Shown: piece by piece, positions 25,289-37,200 of the stretch
How the letters are laid out: each line of letters begins with the position of its first letter
How positions within the stretch are numbered: the first letter of the stretch is position 1
Assembly: GCA_965285935.1 (NCBI GenBank)
Contig: OZ260664.1
Coordinates: 26,846,001-26,910,000 of the forward strand
Origin: Ophelia neglecta
Taxonomy: Eukaryota
Direction: 5' to 3'
Length of the DNA: 64,000 nucleotides
Notes under the pieces: generated by a model
Told to the model about the DNA's origin: nothing
The model's database searches: none
What the model saw: only the letters and a program-made list of their open reading frames with translations
Position numbers and translations under genes: made by a program

Positions 25289-28200
25289 CTGTAAAGAAAA
25301 CACAAACAACACTAATTATTTCTGTTTTTATCATAAAAACACTGAAGTCATGAACACTCCAAAATTGACTTTGGCATATGTATCATTAAGAGAATTATTA
25401 TGATTAAGATGCTAAACGAAAATACAAAATAAATTTGAATGAGCATTTCTGCAAGTGTTTTACCTAGTAAAGGCACATGGTCGGAGGTCCTTGGAATGGT
25501 GTCAGCGACATTAAGTAGGAAAAGTCTAAATGATAGCAGAGCTGCCACTCCAATGTGGACTTTTTGTGTGGGGGTGCAGAAAAAAATGCTTAACAGCACT
25601 GCCGAGGTCATTATTCCCGGCAATATCACATTCATTATGTAAAAGGTGTGCCGCCTCCGTAGCGCAACACTAAAGCCTATGTTGGAGAATCTCTGATTGG
25701 GACAACACTCGAAGTGGAACTCTCGGCGTTTGGTGCTCGTAGAGAGTAACTCCCACTCTCCATTCTTCTCGTAGTTATCTCTGACCGAGTAATACATGAA
25801 GTCAGTTCTGATCTTTAAACGAACGATTTAATATACTGGGTGCCATTTGAAATACGTTTGACAACTAATTTTTTATTGGATAGAAATATATTCAGACAAT
25901 GAGAGAACTCACTTATTGATAGTAGTGCTAGTAGTTGAAAGATTCATTTTGGTCGTGTAGTAGCTCCAGGCGCCGAAAATGAGCTCACACGTTTGCTCAT
26001 CGAACGGGTAGTAGGTGATATCGATGTGACACATTGTCTTAAAAACCCCGCCGGGTTCCCATCGGACCGAGCCGTCCGGGTGTAACACCGCCTGGAACTC
26101 CGTGTACTCCCCATAAATACTCTCAGCCCTAGTGACAGAAATATAAATGTTTGACTTATAGTACAAGATAATTCTAACTAAACTAACCGCGCCAGAATGT
26201 CACAAAATACAAACTACATGTAACCTTACTATAAAACAAAAAACAAAGACAGGCAAAATATGTGCCGTTCGATACAAATAAGAATTGTTTTAAGTAAATC
26301 AGGGTTACATGGCTTCTCGAATTAAGGATCTATAAGGTGAAAACACTGGGACCCGTTGAGCTTACTGCGGAAATTCTTACTTTGTACAAGTGTAAGGGGT
26401 ACTTGATCATGTAATGCATTTTCTTTCGTGAGTAATTACAAGAAATATGCCTTTGATGTGTTAGCAGTGTCCTGTATTACAAGGCCAATTTGTCTTTAAT
26501 TATTTCAATGAGCCATACGCTACACAGTGGAGATAGTGATGACCGTACAGGGAGGTATGTCATGGACATAGGAGAATTTCAAGGTAAATTCATTCCTCTG
26601 ATATGTCTGTAGCAGCACAATATTGCGGAACAGAAGATAATGGCAACTTGTTATTAGTAATCATGGGCAATAACAATATTAACTATCACACTGCTATACG
26701 TCGTATATAGCACCATAGAAAATTGACACGATGACCATTCAGATCAAAAGACCCATTCCTGGCATCTAAACAAACTGTACGGTCATCGCCCCATTTGTAG
26801 TATTCCGCGATATGACCTTGAAAAGAGGTTTTGCTTTATTTAAACAGAAACATTCAATAAGGGACATCATTATCCAAGGTTTCTTACAGAATAGAAACTG
26901 ATTTGATAACTGGAAATGACCTACCAGATGTGTACATTGTCTATAAAACTTATCTGCGGTTATATCGAATGGGCATTTAATTTACCCGTTAATGACAGCG
27001 AATTCCGGCCTCCATATTTTTTTTCCGTCGACGACGATTGTGTCCAGGCTGCTGATTTCTCTGTCCCAGGTAAGACGTTCGTCCTTCCATTCCTAAAGAA
27101 AGTGATAATAAAGGAACATATCTACAGTCTGTCGTATCAATAGATCAATATATTTATATCGAAATAGCTTAACGTTATTGGGATATACAGAGATCATGAC
27201 TTAAAGGCGTATAGGAGTATTGGCGTGAGTATCTAATTGTGGGCAGTGGGAGGTATGACCCACTGTAATAACGGCCATCTATTCGACATTTGGAAGCAAA
27301 ACAATCACGTCACTTGGCTCTTCAATTTCACAATGTGAATAAAATCATACATTCGAATATAAAATTACCCTACACTTAAACCTTAAGCCATTGTAGAATT
27401 TAAAAGTAAACCAATGTCACTCCCTTTTACCTAGCGGTGTTGCATAGCATATATGATAGGCCTACTTTGGCTGAGCGATATGCAACAGAAAGAAAATCAC
27501 AAAAACGGAATTCACGTGGATGACTACTTTTACTCGGACAGCATTATAGAGCAACTTATGGATGTGACGGTACTCCTTAAAAGCATTATTTATAGACCTA
27601 TTGCCCATGAAGCTGCACATATTCTTGGCAGACAGTGAAAGCCTTAATAAATGAATTTAATTTTGAAATCTTTTTTCTGCTCTTATTCCAATAACTTGAT
27701 TTGTGAAAATAAACTTCCCCAGATAAAATGTTATCATCATTCGCGTTGAAGTAAAAAATCGTGCTTCAACCCCTCTGGCATTTCTTAGCTATCTAGAGAC
27801 TAATGTGGCGTGCTAACCAGCACAACTCACCAGACGCGGAGTTTCGGGAACACTAAGGAGCCTCGTCTCTCAGAGTAGCCCACCTCATTCCTGACGCGGC
27901 TTGGGTACAGGCTTAGATATAAATTATTTTGATAGCAGGCCTATAGATGAGTCGGGCAAAAAGTACGTGCATGAAATGTGTCTTGGCTGTCAACCTTCCG
28001 ATGAGCTCACAGGGGTCTTTTTCGAGTAGCAAGGTTACCAGTTATCACTTATTACAATGTTTCATTGACTATCAAAACGGGACCATATCCTGATTTCACC
28101 ATTGCAGGTTTCTGGCAAGGTTTCCGACAATGTTCGTCATAACAAGATAAGAAGTTGTCACAACAACTTGCAAAACCATAAACTACCACCACCTCACCAA

Positions 28201-31200
28201 CGCAGTAAGTCATAGGACAAGAAACGATTCCATTACAAAGTTAATTAGTTATAAGAAAGAAAATTGTAAATTCTCCTTAGCACACATTTGCATCTATTTG
28301 AGAAAACAAACGCAATATATGAAAGCTAATTTTTTCTATTTACTCCCTTGCCTAAACATTATTGCCTGTTTATATAGGCCTTACGTGCCGACTTCTATAA
28401 TTAAACATGTTGACCTGAACTATACAATTTTTAAAATGTGATAGTATAAGAAAGTAACGGATGTGAAAAAATCATCAACATTTAAAATTGTATTTTTAAC
28501 AACAGTTGGCCTATAATTCTTACATGCCTATGTATATCCAAGTAGCATTGTCAGTGCTATAAAGGACATATTATTCAAGTTTTTTATGACTATAAAGAGT
28601 TGGAATCTACGGTAATGGATATCACTCCGAAATCTCTGTGCCAAACTAACAGAACAGAATGAAGGGACACATCGAAAAAGGTGTTAACGTTTTTAATGTA
28701 AATATATACGATGGCATACGCTGAAAAATTATGCGAAAACACCAGAAAACAAGCTGTTAACAATAATTGCCCTGCCACAGTCCATGCAGGGGCTCTTATA
28801 CAGCCAGTCTAAATTACCTAGTATTTATAAAAAATACTTTTAAGTATTCATTTTCCAATGTGCATCATGGTTTATTCTAAGCTGACAGACAGTGGCATTT
28901 TCATTTTATTGACCGGCAAACATTGATCCTTCTCAAAGTATGTTGAACAACATGTAATGTTTATTCTATCTGGGGCCTAAAACCTAAAAGTGCTCGGGGA
29001 ACAGTATAATCTATTGTAAATATGTGCATTCATCAAGCCCTCCCATTTCATCCGTCTAGACAGAGTGATATAAACATGCAAATTAAATGGGTAAAGAACA
29101 GAGATTGCAGTAGTTTAACCTCAGGCAGTTTTACTATAAAATGCAATATCTGATATTTAACGAAATCGTTTAAGTTAAGTATGAAGCACTAGTTAGTATT
29201 AGTTCAAGCATTAGTAGACGGTGCTGTTGTATGTCGTCTGCTGCTTCTTTTCAGCTCTTCAAAGCAGCTTGATAAACAATGAAAAACGGGATTGGACAAC
29301 CGCAGACAAAGCACAATCAAGACTTTTTCATTGAGGGTGTTCGAAATCACGAGGAACCAGCAGCTAATCAAGGGATTGGGCTGATGTTGAAATATGTTCG
29401 CAAAAACAAAATACACTTAAGTTCATAGCATTTATAATACATAACCAGTAACCCCCTGGTGATGTTTAGCACAAATAACGACAGCATTCGAGTGGATTTT
29501 CATGCGTGTATTGAACAAATTTGCATAAGGACTTTAAACCTGGCGATATCGTCTCTGTTGCTCTCATTGATTTTGGATTATGGGACTTCCCCTCATGTTT
29601 ACGAAAACCATACAAGTCAAGTATCTCAAAGTCTGGTAATTGTACTCGGAAAATACACTGGAGGAATTGATGGTTAGTCCCAACAGCTGTGTCATTCTAT
29701 AGCCGCTCACTGTTCAGATTGGCTATCAGTCCCGCGGGTCATTTTTTTTATTATCGGAGCCACATCTATATTGTGTGTTATTAAAAACAAACAATCCTAG
29801 CTGGATAAAAATCGAAATTCCTGACATACTCGATACGTCAATATCACTGTTATCTATTTTAAACCTAATAACAACTGAGCTATCGGGATATTATATGAAC
29901 ACGTTCTCTTTTACATTAACTTCGATTTAGTTGTTTTCAAAACGTACAGTTTTCCAAATGTGTGCATCGAACAATCGATTCAAGATATATAAACATGGGC
30001 ATGCATGTCCCTTAATAATGGTTTGCCTAGAATTCGTCGATCCCACTGCAAGCGGCAAAGGAAGGCGTTGGGGGGGGGGGGGGCTTTTTGTGAATTGTTC
30101 AATGAAATTTCCCTAGCACGAGTAGAAATTTTGTCAGAAAGGAAACCAAATACGATTAAAAATAGGTTTAGTCCTATCAGTTTATCCAGTAATGCAAATT
30201 ATATAATTATGATTCATTGTCTTTGGCATTGACATATGAATTCTTAATATAGTGCATTTAGTATCTTATTTGCAAATGAAATTATAATGGAATTGACTAG
30301 GTCTAAGTTAGTACTTTTCTATTCCAGTTAAGGCACACGGTCGGATGAATTTGCAATAACGTCATTGATATAAAAAAGGCGAAGTTTAGACGATAACAGA
30401 GCTGCGATCTTATCACATTCTGTGTCCACATAGGCCTACGTTGTTTAGACGATAACAGAGCTGCGATCTTATCACATTCTGTGTCCACATAGGCCTACGT
30501 TGTTTAGACGATAACAGAGCTGCGATCATATTAGAAATGTTATCATTGTTTCCGCGACAAAAATGTAAACTGTCTCGCGCGCCTCCGGTGACGCAAGAGT
30601 AATGTTACTGTCTGCTGGGTAGGTGTAGGCAAGCACATGTTAAATTGTCTGTGTTCGGATTATGATCTCTATTTGTTTTCAGTAACAGTTCAATATCTTG
30701 GTAGTTCTGTGAAATGATCTATTATCACAAAAGGTACTCTCTTGCTGGCAAGGATTATACGTAATTCGTGCTAGTTGGTTAGCACACTATATTATCGAGC
30801 ACACATGTTTACATAGCTGATAGGTAAAGCCAAGGATGCACAGCATGCGTGCATCACGTGACGGGGCTAAATGCCTCCTGAGTTATTCATGGACATAGTT
30901 TATCATATTTATCTATTCCTGGTCCAGTCATTGAGGAAAGTACATACCATTATCAAAAGGCCGGTAGAAGTAAGAATCTGGCTCCGCACATTCTAAAATG
31001 ATAAAAATTTGGAAGTTGTTTAATAAGACAATCTTAGAGTACAAACTCCATATTGACAACATTAGTACATACATAAATAATAATTACACAATGCTGCAGA
31101 TTTCAAGAATATATATCAAAATTTAGACGTCTTCCAATACATTGTCACCTTAATCATGAAATATTTACTGAAGAGTATTCAGCAAGATGACGTTACAATA

Positions 31201-34200
31201 ATGATCCCACTTACCAATTCTTGTAAAAGGAGCAGAGAAAACTGTAGATTGACTTGAACTGTCTTCGATGAGTTGAGAACAGGCCTGGCCGACGGATTGT
31301 AGTCCTGAAACAAGTACTCGAGCAACTTCTCTTCGTCCGACTGTACCTTGTACGTTAAGCTAATAGCTCCTGAAATTAAAATCGAACTTATATAAGCAAT
31401 TGGGTGAAGTCTTGTAAAATCGCACATCCGGCATATAAACTGCGCAGTTATTGGGCTTCTTCCGCGCTTTTTTTAAAGGAAGGGCCTTTAAACCAAAGTA
31501 CCCGACTTTATCCTACTTGAATATAGTCCCTAACTTACTCACCTGCTTTGTCAAGACGCCATTTTAATTTTAATCTATACTCATATTGGATCATTATAGC
31601 ATCTACCCTGGATAGGCTGAGGGTACTTGGTCCACATAGGGCTGCTTTTGCCCGCAAGATTAGAATTAACTGTGTTTAAACCAGGATCGCTAGTCCAACT
31701 TGTTTTAGCGTACGTTTCAATGTTTCTGGTTTAACCATTGTTCTGATTTATCATGATTATTCTTGTTAGGAAGCCGAATGCCAAAAACTTGTGTATGTTG
31801 GTGAACCCACCGCTGATTCCGGGCCAAACTACAAAACCATTCTTTCTAGGAATAACATGTGTAAGTGTCGATCGGTTCTACCAATGTAGTAACTCTATAA
31901 GGCGTGGTCTAATATATATATTTCTAAATCCTATAGTATATAGATATACAACGTGGATCCCCAGCCCTCCGACTAGAAGTTCACATACTAACTTTTTCTA
32001 AAGAAGAGGTTTGGTAATTGTGTGCACTTGTTGTTCAACATCTACAAGATAACTTTTTTCCGTTTTCAGGTTTCTTTACCACGTTATTGACATTTCACTG
32101 ATTGCTCCGAGTGTTCAACACCTGCGTCGAATAAATGTGGGGTATACAAACAAACCCGGTTGTTGTTCAAAGAGTCTTTGTCTTAATGTATTGCAGTGAC
32201 TTGCCCATCTAGGACAGCCGGAAACGATAGGGGTCTGCTGTCAGGGGGGGGGGGGGGGGCTCCTAGTCATCTCAGCGCTCTGCGATTTTTAAACAAGAAA
32301 GTTTCTATTGGCAATTCTCTGCCAATTAGAAAAAAAAGAGTTTAGAATGATTGATGGGCAGTAAAGACAACTTATTTTTTCATTACAGTGTAGATGATAA
32401 TCATTTGTCCACTTTGGTACGATATATAATGTAGGGTAAAATTATAATTAAATACTTAAAGTAATTTATCTTAGGTAATTATTCAAGGGAAGCGCTTATA
32501 TTATGAAGGCCTTCTTCTATATATGAAAAATATATAATACATTTGAAGCAGGTTTTTGGCTCAAAAAGGGAACACTGCTGGGATATATTTTCCATTCATT
32601 TCTGAGAAAGGGGATAGGCCTATCATTTCAACGCCTCTCTGTATGTGTGAAATGTGTTCACGTTGTTTTGAAAATGCAAATGGAAACGGGAGTACCACCT
32701 CGAAAAAAACGGCTACGACAGGCTAGACCCTTCCCAAAGTATAAATGATAGATTGGTATTTAATACAAATGTCAATGAAAGTAAACGCTTTTGTTTTTTC
32801 GAGGCACCAGTCTATAGTTGCATTTGTTGAAAATGGACAACATAAAATATAAACGACCTCATGTTTTGATAAAAAATATTTCCATGGATGGCAGCTGGTC
32901 AGAGCTTACGAGATATTCATGTGCCGAAGAGACTATAACAATCTGTTAAATGATCTAAATCCGAAAGCGATGGAGAAGTGCACAATTAACACATGCACCC
33001 CAAAGGGGTAGAAATAGCGCGATTCATGTGTCGGCATCCATGCAGAAGCTTGTTCTGCTGGATCTGCATTCGTCGCAAGTATGTTAATGACCCAGGCTTC
33101 CAACACCTTCTCATACGATAAGAAACAACCGATATGGGCCCTGAACGATACAGTGATAAATTACCAGGCCTGTTGAAACATTTAATAATAAACTGGTGAC
33201 CTACATCAAAGAAAATTACTCAGCGTCTAATTTTCCGGGCGGGAATATTTATCTATACATTAAATGTTATAATTTAGAACACACTTTGGAATGCTTGTAG
33301 AATTTTCTTCTCGAGGAACTACATTAGCAAAGGTTTGCTTGAAATAGATTAATGCAGAAAAAATAAAAATGTAATGCCATCTGAATCATTTCAGGGATGA
33401 GTAAGTTTTCGAGGACCAATCAAATGTATTATTTTTATACAGTGAACCCAGATATAAAACATATATAAGTTGGTACATCTTATACCAGTCCCTGGTATAA
33501 GATATGACACATGGGATACCGTATGGGCCAGTGATGAACAGTTCCTGGTAGAAGATATCACTCTTGGGATTCCGTGTGTGTCTGTGATGAACAGTCCCTG
33601 GTTTAAGATATGACACTAGGGATTCCGTATGGGCCTGTGATGAACAGTTCCTGGTAAAAGATATGACATTTGGGATACGGTATGGGTCTGTGAAGAACAG
33701 TTCCTGGAAGAAGATATCACTATTGGGATTCCGTGTGTGTCTGTGATGAACAGTCCCTGGTATGAGATATGACACTAGGGATTCCGTATGGGCCTGTGAT
33801 GAACAGTCCCTGGTAGAAGATATGACACTTAGGATACGGTATGGGTCTGTGAAGAACAATTCATGGTATAAGATATGACACTAGTGATTCCGTATGGGCC
33901 TGTGATGAACCGTTCCTGGTATATTTGGACTGGCTTAATGGACTCTTCTTGCCAGCTGATTTTAGTTGTCTATACAATATTGCTTTCAAATAATTTTAAT
34001 ATTGTTATAAAATCCATTTTTCCCACTTTTGTACCAATTATTAGTTCACAAAATCTAAGAAACAATCACCATTTCACCAAATGGTAACTCAAATGGATTT
34101 TTGCGAACTTTTCTTTTGAACTGCAGTTCATTCAATCTATTATTTTCTTACAGAAGCGGTGAAATAATATGGCCAACAAACGTATTTTCTACATAAATAT

Positions 34201-37200
34201 TCTTCGCCTTTTTTTTTTTTTTACAGATGGCGCGTCTCTTATAGTTCTGCTCATATTATATATATTTCTTACTAAAGTTCTGTTCATATTATATACATTT
34301 CTTACTAAAGAACCGCCCTGCTCCCGTTAACGCACCAAGGGGATTACACACAAATCCTTAGGAAGAAGTTCAATATTCAGAATTTATGATTTCGTAAGTT
34401 TGTTCCAAGGAGCTCTGCCAATGATGACACACTTTTTATACGATATGCAATTTAGCCGATAACCAATGAAACTCAAGAAGAAGTGCAGTAACATGGTCGA
34501 ACCTGTTCACTTTCAACGCCAGAATTTTTTTAATCCTCTGTTGCTGTGAAATGTAAAACTTTGGAAGAGATACACAAATAAATTTCACTCTCTGTGGTAT
34601 TGTCCGTGACAAATATGTTCTGTTTTGAAACCCATGTGAGTGGGGTTAGCGGAGAGACATAATCACATTAGGCATATATTCATTTGCTGACACATGAGTC
34701 GACATACCCTTCTAGGTTGCACCCAGCATTGTCCAGACGCACAGAATTTTCAGTGATCTGGAAAGACACATCAAGATTGCCTGATTGAATGTGTAAATGC
34801 CCTTGTCGTACCAAAAAAATACGGTCTTCTGGCTCTTCGTACATTTTCGAGAAAATGTCTCTCGATTGACGACCAGATATCACCCACAGATATCAAAGTC
34901 TCACCAGGATTTGTGGTACGTCGCATAAGTCGCATAAATCAGGCTATCATCAGCGTAATTATGGAAACTAAGTCGTGTTTTCTTATGGTATCCTCAAGGG
35001 TCATGGTATAGGTCGGTAATAATATGGGGCCAAGAACTGACCCCTTGGGAACGCCGCATGCATTTGAAGCTGAATCAGATCTGGTACCATTTACAGTGAC
35101 AGACGGTGTACAAACTGACAGGGAAAACTCAATTCTCTTGATAGTAGCACGAGACACTCCGACATCTTCCCGAAGACGATGGGTCAAATGACGCGGGTCT
35201 ACCGTATTGAATGGAGGCTCGAACTTCATATATCATTTTTGAAGTAGTCGATACCAACAGAACGGGTCTTCCTCTGGGCAAATTAATGTCCATGCTTCTC
35301 TGGTTTAGGCAGAGCAAGGCGGACATGCACTGCTCAGTGTTCTACAAGATTTGAATCAACCAACCTCGGTCATCAACAAATTGTTGGGAAGATCTTGATA
35401 TTAATGGACCAAGTATCTTTCCCCGATCATCAGTAGATTACTTGATGTATAATGTGAAACGTTTACTATTTATCTATCTGACATTGTTGAGGTGAAAGGT
35501 AATATCTCCAGTAATATGGTCGTTCTCCTTACTAGAGGGAAGAGTGCCTAGCATGCAGAGGAATACTTTTCTAACGTCTTGTTGATTGTATGGCCATTCT
35601 CAGATGAAACAGGAGGTCGGTTAACTGTCACAATGTGCTGTAAGACGCTGTAAAGAGGAGAGCCTTCAGTGGTGATATGTTTATGTTCATTTGTACACGA
35701 GACCCCTCGAAGTTTCGAATTCGCATTGTCGTTGGAAAAAATTTCACTTATTTGTTTGTACCCGGTTATTATATCTTTACGATAGGCTGCCTAGCGCTGA
35801 TCTAGAATAAAATACTAAAACAGAAAATGTCGGCTTTACCTTCTCTAAACGATGCATTAGTTTTTGTCTACTACGTGTAGCGTGAAACAAGAAATATTTC
35901 ACATTTGTAGTATTTGTTCAGTCATCGAACCATAATTCTCTCCTTACGGAACTTGCTGCACTTATTTTTTTCTAAATGGCCCATAAAATATTTGGTTTAT
36001 AAGGTGGTTTAAGTGATTTACACCTTAAAAATTAAATTTCGTGTCAAACGGATATACATTAGTATATGGTAAATTGACGATAATTGGCGTTGCGCAAATA
36101 AATCTTTATTTTAATTGAAAGCGAAGTATACATCATGAACTTGTCAGCGCGGGAAAATCCTATCGTTCCATTCATAACTTTCGTAGACTATGGAATCTAT
36201 GTAGGGCTAAAAGATTTATTTGTGGCAAATTTAACTATTGTAGTGATACAATGTTTTACGTGCTGCATTTATTGAATGGCCTCTAACTTAGACAATAATT
36301 GTGTTTTTGAGGCACAGATTCTCCTTAACCCAAACTACTTTCTAATGTGATAACAGTTATACAGTGTAATTTTTAAGGGCTTATATTATGAATATCTCAA
36401 CCTTGCCAAGTCATATTCTAAAAGTCCGGAGACATCAGTCCTTGGTCAATTCTATCGGATTTGAGCAGGAGGAAGAAATCCGGTGATAGTATATCACCGG
36501 CCATCAAAACGGTATGAATAATACTTTACCGCTCTGAGATACGTTACTCATCAAAATATTTTAGCAATTGAGCTTTATTTTCAATACAAGTACTAGAAGA
36601 TTTATCGGTAGCAATCTTATGGTGCATATTACCTCATATTTAACAAGCAATAAGTTTGGGAAGTATGATTAAAGAGTGTCCTCTCGACATGATCTTTATT
36701 GTTGCCGGTGCAAGGCGGGCGAGGTCACCATTAAATAGGGACCAAATATAGATTGAATAAGGTCCATATCATCTGACCACACGTTGGAATTATGTTATTG
36801 GCAGCTGTTAGTGACGACACGTGGGATTCAATCGACTGACTGACATATAGCCTGCAGGATGCATAAAAAGGCAGTAATAGGTATCATCTGGACGATAAAA
36901 TCGATGTTTATATCGGATAATACCTTATGCTTTACTTCATAGCCCTTTGTAATAAAGATGATGTAGACAAGAAATAACCTGTAGTTATATGCAAACGTTA
37001 ACAGGCATCAAAATAATATTCTGCATGCTGAGGACAAGCGCAAGAAATTGTGCGCAATCTCGAGGCTCTCAATATCTACTCGCATATTCGGTTATCGATG
37101 ACTATAACGTGAGGAGGGCAGCATATCAAGGTTTTATCAGCTCGCGGGTTGTCATCCAACCGATCAATGCTGTTTATCGACTCATCAACACGTCGATTAA

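Noticed and set aside
33386-33859. 157-aa repetitive ORF
   Set aside because: By-product of the 53-bp minisatellite (3 x 53 bp = 53 codons) inside an intron.
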